Part shown: positions 1 to 9,990 of the stretch, one piece after another | Layout: every line of letters begins with the position of its first letter | Numbering within the stretch: the first letter of the stretch is position 1 | Assembly (NCBI GenBank): GCA_002189035.1 | Contig: NEEC01000016.1 | Location: 1,736,001-1,800,000, forward strand | Length of the DNA stretch: 64,000 nt | Direction: 5' to 3' | Source of the DNA: Utricularia gibba | Lineage: Eukaryota > Plantae > Magnoliophyta | Position numbers and translations under genes: made by a program | The notes under the pieces: model-generated | What the model was told of the DNA's origin: nothing | Databases searched by the model: none | The model's input: the letters and a program-made list of their open reading frames with translations, nothing else

Positions 1-197
1 TGTCCGAAAACCTTCCAAAATTCAGAATTCGGCTTCTAAATGCACAATGAACAGTACAAGCCTTTGAATATTTTCGTGTCTTCAAGCGAGAGAGGCACAA
101 CTCATTTGATAATTAGGTTATGGGCTGGCCATGTATTTATATTCTTGTGAGTCAGCCCAACACTTCTTAACACACTACATGCCAGGCCCATTTACAC

Positions 198-332
198 TGA
201 CCCGCCGAGTCGACTCGTACCCGTAGACCACCGACCCATCCCGTACCCGTTTTTGACGGTTACGGGTGGTTGGACCCGTCACGGGTTGACCCGCCGGATA
301 CACGGGTCAACCCGTAACCGTGCCCAGCTCTA
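198..332. mobile_element. Probable 3' end of a hAT-type non-autonomous element
   Basis: Dense ACCCG/CGGGT subterminal motifs ending in CCGTGCCCAGCTCTA (reverse complement TAGAGCTGGGCACGG, a hAT-like terminus). The partner end was not found in the window. Confidence 0.45.
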
Positions 333-1310
333 ATCGAATCTCACAGAATATAGAATAATTAAAGACAAATTTGAGCTCCAAGAACAAGGAGACAACTGAT
401 ATGGGCTGGGCCTCTTCAATTTCGCCCCGACCCCGATCAACTGTTTTCTAACGGCTTTTAATTTTTGTAAATTGGTTTAGATTGGGGCCACATTACAAAT
501 TCTAATGACGGATTTACATAAATTTGTATTTTTAAATTTAAATATATATAAATAAATATATATATATATATAACAATTGGCTTGTGCTTGTAATAGATTT
601 ATCTCTTAAATCCACGTCTTTCATTTTCAAGCTCTTGATTGAGTTTAGCATATAGACTTTAAATCACTATTTTTTTATATCATAAGTTTGTTGGATGATA
701 ACCTTGACTCAGATAAGAACTACTAGGCAGTTACTATGGATAAGATTAGGAAGTTGTTATAGTTACTAAAAGTTATTAAGATAAATATCTCAATCATGTG
801 CACATTAATACAATGACCAAAACCTATAGTAATTTCTACATTCCTTTTCCTTGTTCTTTGGAGCATTTTCTCGAATACATGTTGTGCAAAATCAGTAGCC
901 TTTGATCCCCAGCCTGTATGTTTCTTCATTGACCAAAACCTACCGTACAAGCATACTTGATGTGATTAAGAATACACAATTCCTCCAACAAAGTGGTATC
1001 AAAGCAAGCTAAGATTCTATGGTAACCAATAGCGCACTTCCAATCCCCACACTCACCAAAGAAAATTATGAGAATTGGAGTTTGAGAATGCAAGCCTTGT
1101 TTGGCACAATGAACTGATGGACGTGATCTCAATAGCACCTATTGCTAATGAGGCTGTAGCATAGAAAAAGGACCAGAAGGCCTTGTCATTGATCTAGAGG
1201 CATTGGATGATAAATTATTAGAGAAAGTGGCAGGTGCCACTACACCAAAACAAGCATGGGACATGTTGACAGCTTAATTCCAAGGGGTAGATCGTATGAA
1301 ATGAGTAAGA

Positions 1311-4300
1311 TTGCAAACATTGAGAGGTGAGTTTGAGGTGTTGAGGAATAAACCAGGAGAATCAATATCATATTACGTAGTTCGAGTGCAAGATGAACGT
1401 GTTGTTGAAAAAGTCCTGAGATCTTTGGAGCATAAATTTGATCATACTTCAATGGCAATTGAAGAGACAAATGATGTCACTAACATGGCCATCGAGGAAC
1501 TTAGTGGTTCCTTAGAAGCTTATGAAGCAAGATTAAAGAGTAGAGAGGACTCTACATCTACAAAACTACTCAAAGTTAAGGATGATCGTGGGAAGGAAGA
1601 ACAACGAGAACACTTCCCTTGTGGAAGAGGCCACGGTCGAGCCTCTTATTACCGTGGCAGAGGTAGAGGAGGAAATTCTAGGAGGAATTCTAACCAAGAG
1701 AAAAATTCAGAATTTTCTTATCAACATGGAAGAGGAAGGTGGCATACATGAGAAAGAGGAAACTAGATACAAAGAGGTTCCTATAACAGCTCAAACACCT
1801 CAAGGGAAGTGGATAAAACAAGAGTAGAGTGTTATTCATGTCATAAAAAAGGGCATTGCTCTTGGAAATGCATAAATAATATAGGAAATCATCAATCTAA
1901 TTTTTTCTCAAGAGGTCTCAAAAGAAGAATCTGAGCCACTCTTACTTATGGCATTTGAAGAAAAGAGGAACTGGAATTTATGTAAAAAATGGTACTCAGA
2001 TTCAGGTGCGAGCAGCCACATGTGTGGCTATAAAGACATGTTCTATACACTTGATGAAACTCATGTAGCAGATGTGACACTTGGTGACTCCTCAAAGATC
2101 AAAGTTGTAGGAAAGGGTTCTATTGTCTTACAATTCAATGATGCAAGCCACAAGACTATCTCTGATGTTTTATTTGTTCCTTGGATGAACAATAACAGTT
2201 TAAGTCTTGGCCTAACTCCTTGAAAGAGAATATGAAATATATTCAAAGAACAAAAAATTGATTTTATTAAATAAATATGGTTATGTTGGGGCTCACATGG
2301 AGAAGACTCCTAACAAGTTGTTTTGTACTTAAGGACCATGTTTTTCCTATGTGCTTGAAATCAATCTATGGAGAAGAATCATGGATTTGGCATATGAGAT
2401 ATGGACATATTAAATTCTCTCACCTAAATGAGATCAGCAAGAAAGAGATGGTGCTAGGAATGCCTATTATCTTGCACCCTAATCAATTATGTAAAGCATG
2501 CCTTGTGAGAAAACAAACAGGCACAATCATTCCTATGAAATCTACTTTCCGTGTAGAGAGATCACTAGAACTCATTCATGGTGATGTTCACAATCAAACC
2601 AAGCTCTATAGCTGGGAATAATTACATCTTGTTGCTGGTGAATGATTATTCATGGAAAATATGGATGTATCTCATGAAAGAAAAATAAGAGGTATTTGGA
2701 ATTTTTTAAGAGATTCCAAACCATGGCTGAGAGACAAAGCAGGCTTCAACTCAAGGCTCTATGCACTAATCGGGGTGGTGAATTTAGTTCAAATGACTTT
2801 GTTCGTTTTTATGAGGAGCTTGGTGTTCACAAAGGGCTTACTTCAGCAAGAGTGCCACAACAAAATGGGTAGTTGAAACGTGAAACCGTATGGTGATAAA
2901 CATGATGAGAAGTATGTTGAAAACAAAAAACATAAGTACGGAGTTATGGGAGATGATGCTATTATTGCAGTTTATTTGCTCAAAAGATCAAAGACAAGAA
3001 ATGTTCCTTGAATGACGCCACAAGAAGCATGGAGTGGTAGGAAACCATAAGTATCTCATTTACGGATTTTTGGTTGCATTGCCTATGTGCATATTGAAGA
3101 TGAGTTGAGAGAGAAACTGGATGCTAAGACACGAAAGTTGGTGTTCATCAGATATAACCAAACATCCTAGTCATATTAGTTGTTTGATCCTGATAGAAAT
3201 CAGTTTGTTACACAAGCACATGTTACACTTTCTATGACAATTTAGATGATGAAACAAAAAATACTACTCAAAATTCACAGGAAAGTCAGCTAGAAGTCGT
3301 GAATGATAATGGAGGTTGCAACCCATCTATTTCAACACCTAGAGTTGTTGGCACTCCCATATCCACCAGCCAATCACAATTAGGAAGGGGAAGCCGACTA
3401 AGATGTCGTCCGAAAGGCTTTGATGACTATATTGTGGATCTACTAGATTCACTAAATCCAAGCATAAATGTAGACTTAGTGGGTGAAACCAACTATTTCT
3501 CTTATTTCTGTCTTTACTCAGATTGTGAACTATTGTCCTATGAGGAGGCCAACAAGGTGGTTCAATAGAGAAAAGATATAGATGAAGAGATTGGGTCTAT
3601 CTAAAAAAATAAGACATGGAAACTTGTCCAAAGACCATCACACAAGAATCCTATTGATGTTAAATGGTTCTACAAGATCAAATGAAATGCTGATGGAAAG
3701 ATTCAAAGATTCAAAGCTAGACTCGTAGCCAAAGGTTACAAATAGAAGGCATGAGTTGATTTTGAAGAGGTTTTTGCATAAGTGGCTAAAATCAAGACAA
3801 TGAGATTTCTGATTGCATTGGCTGGATAAAACTCCTTGAAAATCTACCAAATGGATGTGAAGAATGCTTTCTTAAATGGAATTCTAGAAGAAGAAGTATA
3901 TATTGATCAATCACCAAGCTATGTGACTAAGGGTTCTAAAAACAAAGTGCTATGGCTCGAGAAAGCACTTTATGATTTAAAGCAATCACCAAGGGCCTGG
4001 AATGTTAGAATCAATGAATATTTTTTGAAGATGGGATTTTGTCGCTGCTCACATGAGTATGCTCTATGTGCTCATGAAATTAAGAGTGGAGATATCCTTA
4101 TCATTTGTCTCTATGTGGATGACTTGATTATCACAGGTTTTGACTTGCAAGGTCTAGTTGATTTCAAAGAAGCCATGAAAAAGGAGTTTGAGATGAAAGA
4201 TTTGGGCCTTATAAACTTCTAGGCATTGAAATGGAGTAAATGGAGTCTAGTATATTTGTCTATCAACAGAAGTTCGCTAGAGATATTCTATTGAAACATG

Positions 4301-5008
4301 AAATGCATGAATGTAGCTCTATTGATATGCCAGGTGAGGTAGGAATCAAATTAACACTAGATGAACCTATGCAGAGAGAGTGGACTCAACTTAGTTTAAA
4401 AGCTTAGTTGGCAGTCTACATTACTTGACAAACACATGATTAGACATACTATTTGGAGTGGGTCTTATTAGTTGCTTTATGGAGGCATCTACTCAAACAC
4501 ATTTGAAAGTAGCCAAGCGGATCCTAAGGTATTTGAACGGCACCATTGACTATGAATTATGGTATGGGAAATTGGACAATTCTGAACTAGTAGGATACAA
4601 CGATAGTGATTGCATTGGAAGTAAGGAAGACTCAAGAAGCACCACTAGGTTTGTCTATTTTATTGGAAGTTCTGCATTTTCATGGTGTTCTAAGAAATAG
4701 CCTATAGTTACTCTTTCTTCATGTGAAGTTGAATATGTTGCTGCGAATGCATATGTATGTCATGGAATCTGGTTGGGTTATCTATTGGAAGGACTCGAGT
4801 ATCTACAGGTTGAACCAACTAAGATAATGATTGATGATTGACAACAAGTCTACAATTGCTCTTCGAAGGAATTTGGCCATGCATGGAAGAAGCAAGCATG
4901 TTGAGACAAGCTATCACTACATAAGGGATTGTGTTGCAAAGAAGAAGGTTGAGTTGTTGTACGTGAAGAGTGAAGACCAAATAGCAAACATTTTCACTAA
5001 ACCATTGA
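1311..5008 (+). pseudogene. Copia gag-pol, multiply disrupted; the last RNase H codons continue at 10477-10540
   Basis: Gag (1311-1751), CCHC knuckle CYSCHKKGHCSWKC (~1830), protease WYSDSGASSHMC (~1990), pre-integrase WHMRYGH, integrase, RT (YQMDVKNAFLNG, LYVDDL), RNase H (DNKSTIAL...RSKH, DQIANIFTKPL). Confidence 0.93.
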
Positions 5009-5531
5009 GGGCGCGTTTGGTTGCTGGGGTTGGCCTAAACCTAGGTTTAGTTTATTTGGGTTTAGGGAACCCGGTTTCGTGGGTTTAGGGTTTAGAAATC
5101 GTGTTTCGTTGATGGGTTTACATTATTTGGGTTTAAATGAACCCACGTTTGGTTGGTGGGTATAAAATTGGGTTTATATATAATTTTCATGGGAATTTAC
5201 TAATATAGCCTTTTACACTCGTCCACCGCCTTCCACACTGACTTAAACAATCAGACATATTCCTCTTTATTACCTAGTTTTCCCAATTCGTCCACCGACT
5301 TTCACACTCGGTTTTGGTGGTGCTGTCGATCGAAGAGATCTCTCGATTTCACAAGTAATTGAGAGTGAAGAGCCATGGGTTAAGTCCAGTTTGTATACTC
5401 TCTTCGTTGCACAGAGTTTGTCGTTTGAAATCCGTTGAATTTTGAGTGAATTTTACGGTTTACTTGTGGTAAGTGCTCGGTGTAGGTGCTTTGTTCTTGC
5501 TGTTTTCTTTCCTCCAGCACAGATTGCAGGT

Positions 5532-6581
5532 ATGCACAGCCCAATCGTGGTGGAAGAGTCTCACAAGAAAACGAAATGCGCCTAGAAGCCAGATGAGGAG
5601 AAAGACTTGTTGCACGCTTTGAAGCAGATAGTGAAAGAAGGCTGGAAAATTGAGATTGGTTTAGGGGTGGGTATCATCGAGCGTTAGAGACATAGTTCTT
5701 GAAACTCCGCCCTAGAACCGACATTCGCGCACACTCGCATATATCTAGCAAGGTGCATACCTGGAAAAAAGACTACTACCTCCTTGTAGATTTTTTATCT
5801 AGGTCGGGCACCGGTTTCAGTGAGCTGACCTACACCGTAGACACAGACAATGAGGTTTGGAAGGAGATTGATCAGGTACGTATGCCTTGTTGTCGCTGTG
5901 TTATATCCGGTGCTGACCGTGTTATTATGTCAGCATGCACCCAGACTGCGTGCCCTAAGACACAAAGCGTGGCCGTCTTACATGGAGTGGCAAGAAATCT
6001 TTGGAAAGGATCAGGCTATAGGAGAAAAAACGATGAGCTATGTTCACGCGACCAGGAAGAGAAAATTCATGGAAAATGTTGGGGAGAATTTGGAAGTATC
6101 TTCGAATTGCCCTCTAGACTCGGATAGCACTGGACACGATATGAACTTCTCGTATGCTAACACACCTTGTGACCCAATTGGTTGTGCTGCGGAGGGTGTG
6201 AACGTCACGCCTAGTAGGGACTCCGAGTCACACAAAAGCACCGACTCGTCTCGATGGACTGGACGAAGCAGCAGGAGACCGAGGGGAATCGACGATGATG
6301 TGCAGTTCATCAAAGAAATGTAGGAGCTTAACGTGCGCACATGCGAAGAGCTACGTCACTTGGGATTAACAGTGGTGCAGCAAGCGCGTGAGTTGGTGGA
6401 TAATCAGCGTCAGGCAGGGGAGATCATTAGAGGTATGTCGGTGCAATTAACTGCCATCGAACGTTTTACCATAGCAGAGATAATTAGTTCCAACCCTACG
6501 AGGTTGCGCTACTTCCTTGCCTCTAGTGACTGTGAAAGAGAGCTTATTGTGCATGGTTTAGCATCAGAACATAGATCTTAA
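5532..6581 (+). pseudogene. PIF ORF1, Myb/SANT-like DNA-binding protein, disrupted
   Basis: KTKCA*KPDEEKDLLHALKQIVKEGWK ... ISSKVHTWKKDY ... SGTGF ... DNEVWKE, then a probable short intron, then KAWPSYMEWQEIFGKDQA. This is the typical plant PIF Myb/SANT-like ORF1 pattern, with a stop and a frameshift. Confidence 0.85.
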
Positions 6582-6967
6582 ATCTTTTGTGTGGTGCTCC
6601 GTCTTATATTAGACTCATGGACTAGATGTATTTTATCTTCTATTCATCCTTTAAACTGGTATGAGCACTGCAAAGGGTAGACAGTGTTCTGACTTGCGCG
6701 GTGCTTTGTTCTTGAGCACTTTTCCGCAAACATTGTACTGCAACTACCGCCACATTCATAGTGGTGCTATCGAGAAGTGATGGACTAGCACCGCGCTGGT
6801 GCTGCATATTACGAAGCACCACGTCTAGACACAAGGTTTCAAATCCATAGACGGCACCGGATGTTGAACATCCGGTGCCATTACGATAAGTGGTCGATAA
6901 AAAACTAATAAGGTCGACATAGGATAGTTCACGCAAGATCCATGCAATTTCAAAGGTGCACCGTCGA

Positions 6968-8790
6968 TTACACAAGAATCTTGTAATGCTTCCACAATGG
7001 GTGTTCCTCGTCTATTGGACATTGACCTACCCGATGGCGATCGACGTGCGTGGGTACATCCATTTGGTCAATGAGAACTTCCAGGAACGTCTTAATATCT
7101 CCCCCTCGAACCATCAAACAATCATTGACCGCGGTGTAATTGAAGGTGGTTGAGAATATGGCATTTTCGGGCTGTCGAATGAAACTAAACAAGTGAAATA
7201 GGATGCAAGATGGTGGAGAATGAGCACAACCAGAAACTCACTGGGGTGTACTTGAAGGTGGTTGAGAATATGACATTTTGCACCCCATACATGATTCAAA
7301 AGCTTAAGCTTAACTGTGTTGTTCCTGTTGTCGTGCACTGGATAATCGGTGTCCACACACTTGGATCCATCCCATTGGAAGACGAGCTTGCTGGCTGCTG
7401 CAGTCCCTAGTAACCATTGAATCACATCGTGCAATTGTTCACTGCCACATGTCATCAGAAAAAGAAAATGTCAGCAGGAATGTAGACCCCCTTGTCTGCT
7501 AGGTGGTTAGTCTTACCGCCCTCTTGAAGACCAGATGGCGACGTCAAAGTGTTCCATGCAAAACTATATCAACTCACGTGCACCTGGTTGAAGATACACT
7601 ACAACCAAAAGAAATAGTACTGACACATGCACCAAATATTAAATGCATATCAATGACATTGCATTACCGTTTCGCCCGTAAATGACGGCATCCGGCTTTG
7701 GCGCTCCCCATCTGACTTCGCGAGGATACACAATGTCTGCAAGTACGCCATTCACATCAAATATAAGCAACTTCCGTGGGTGGGGCCGTGAAATCACTCA
7801 ACAGTCCACCATATGGCCACCTTGCTTCATACCCTGCAAGCCGACCACAGAGATCAAGATTCTCTACGTACAGTCTGCCCATTTGGATATACTTTGCACT
7901 GGCAGCACCGCACCCGTCGTCGTGTGTCGAACTCGCTGTTGGCCCCGCCGTGTTGCCCCCGACTTCTGGCTGCACATCTTCATCTTCTTCATGGGTCACC
8001 TCCTCAAGAGCATCATTTATACTCCTATGTTGTCTATAGTGTCGAGGGGTTACGCACCACAGATGCTGTGTCCTAGGGGCATTGATGAAGGGGGGCAAGA
8101 CATCCTCCAAGGACTTTGTTTTGCAAGAGAACAAATTCACAAACCTCCTTGCCGCACGTTTTGGCAATACCTCTATGCCTACAACGCAAACAGCAAAAAA
8201 ACATGAGTACTGTTCAACAAGACATGTGAATATCCGAAGTAATTGCTTATGATTACCTGATGGGTGTCCCACATTCTATGACACTGTCTACGTTGGTCAT
8301 TCTGCAACGGTGGGTGGGCATACCCATACAAAACTGGTCCACCAATCATCATATGCGCTTCTCACGTCTGTAACCAGTACCACACCAGGTTTTCCATGAA
8401 GCGAGTAGTGCGGACTCCCCTTGCGTTGGACACAAACAGAAACCGTAAAGAAGACACGCATTTCCGAGGATATGTCCTCTTCACAGATCTACAGAAATGC
8501 GAGAACGTGTGCCATAGAATGCAGTGTGAGGTGGGAGAGTGGGATCTAGAGAGCAGCAAGTATTTGCACCAAGAAAGGGGCGGGGGGAGTCGTAATCCAC
8601 ACCGAAAGTGCTCGGTGCTGACGGCGAATCCCGAACCGCCAACTCTGGATGGCGGTTCGCCGTCCGACGTCTCACCCGGCTGTTTATCCCACATTGTGTA
8701 ACCGTCGGGAATTGAGAAGTGGACACGTAGTTTCTCACATGTCAACATCTGGAAAACAATAGACGTGTTACTCGACGATGGCAACGAAGA
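6968..8790 (-). pseudogene. Cargo gene: Transposase_28-like (Gypsy accessory) domain plus FCP1/NIF HAD phosphatase-like domain, spliced and lightly disrupted
   Basis: N-terminal part: KLRVHFSIPDGY...EHFRCGLRLP/FLVQILAAL*IPL...DDWWTSFVWVCPP (8748-8310). C-terminal part: RKLLIFDVNGVLADIV (7776-7729), GT-AG intron 7667-7599, VYLQPGARELI*FCMEHFDVAIWSSRG, intron 7516-7442, EQLHDVIQWLLG...KLVFQWDGSKC, then FIRQPENAIF...GGDIKTFLE...VGQCPIDEEHPLWKHY. How the two halves are joined is uncertain. Confidence 0.75.
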
Positions 8791-9061
8791 ATTTGAAACG
8801 CAAAGGGCAAAGGTGCCTACCGTCGCGATGCTGTTCTAGAGAGGTTGCCGAGGAGACTGTTTTCGTGGTGTTGCTGCACGTTTGCCGAAAGGGTGGAGTT
8901 GGATGGGCAGAATTAATGAAGTTGTTTTGGAAAGTGCACAATGTCAGACACCTTTATTGCGCACAGGGGAGGTATTAATAGCACTAGGCGGTTGTCAACA
9001 GCCCTTCGCATTTAATGCTGGATAACTGCAATATTTTATGGCGTTTTGTTTTTGGAACTCA

Positions 9062-9438
9062 TAACACCGGATTAGGTTTTCGTGGTGCTGTGGAATGCAT
9101 AGCATACCTCAGGCATTTGGAAACACCGCATATTACGGATCGCGGGGTTTGGTCAAATGGAGTATTATTGTACTACCAATCACCCACGCTAACATGTACG
9201 AGCTGCGTACACATCTACTTCTAAGATTTGATAGCACCGGATATGAGGAAGCATCCGGTGCAGCATTAAACGCAGTATAGCCCAAGCGTATAGAAGCACC
9301 GGAGTTTACGGATCGCGGTGTTCGGTCAAATGATGCTTTGATGTACTACCAAATACCCTTACTACTATGCACTAGCTTCACACTCATCTAATCTTCGATT
9401 TTATGAGCACCGGATACGATGAAACACATGGTGCTGCC
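9062..9438. repeat. Diverged ~173-bp tandem repeat (about 2.3 units) inside the PIF element
   Basis: TACGGATCGCGG at 9134 and 9307; GCACCGGATA at 9234 and 9407; a partial third unit from 9062. Confidence 0.75.
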
Positions 9439-9990
9439 CACAACGTTGGTGTCGTACAACTCTATTTAGGGGATCGACCACCATCTCCTTTCGAATGACG
9501 TTATGAAGTAAAGCACATGCCAATACAATGCGGTTCTGTGTGTCTAAGGAATAGTAGCTAGCCGTCCGTAGTATACCCCACCGCATCTTCATCAAGCCCC
9601 AAGCTCGTTCGATCACATTTTTGGCTGATGCATGCCGCATGTTAAATAACTCCTTCGCATTTTGGGGTGCTCCATTTCCCTGGCCCCACTCCTTCAAGTG
9701 GTAACGTACTCCACGGTATGGTGCCAAAAAGCCCTCCCTATTGGCGTATCCATTGTCACATAGGTAATATGTTCCTGTGTCATCACGTATACCAGGTGCA
9801 TAAAATCATTGGAATCAAAGGCGCAAGGGCTAAACAAGTGAAAGACCTGGTGTACACGGAAGTGAATACTTGTCTAGGAATCTTGTCTAGGAATCTTGTG
9901 AGTAAGTGAATACTTACGTCTCAGCCTATATCCCCTACGGTATTTCCTCCAATGTAAGTATACTAACACATTCATCTGCACCAAGTATTC
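9401..9990 (-). pseudogene. PIF DDE transposase with an internal deletion
   Basis: N-terminal basic stretch LHWRKYRRGYRLRRKYSL jumps to GTYYLCDNGYANREGFLAPYRGVRYHLKEW...NVIERAWGLMKMRWGIL...ACALLHN. The core containing the first catalytic Asp (DGT motif) is missing. Confidence 0.88.

Noticed and set aside
541-571. (TA)n and A/T-run microsatellites (also 36788-36808 and poly-T at ~35949-35965)
   Set aside because: These are ordinary simple repeats. No TSD or element body supports a retroposed poly(A) tail.
5041-5175. Interstitial telomere
   Set aside because: Only two adjacent TTTAGGG-type units are present, and they are subterminal motifs of the PIF element.
6640-6975. 111-aa minus-strand ORF after the FCP1-like domain, considered as a protease
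   Set aside because: No catalytic motif is recognisable. It is probably 3' non-coding DNA containing the dyad palindromes.
7682-8206. 174-aa plus-strand ORF inside the PIF element
   Set aside because: It is antisense to the cargo gene, whose minus strand carries the recognisable motifs and splice sites.
9062-9438. CRISPR-like array (palindromic repeats with spacers)
   Set aside because: The context is eukaryotic nuclear DNA, the repeats are degenerate, the spacers are themselves repeated, and there are no cas genes.
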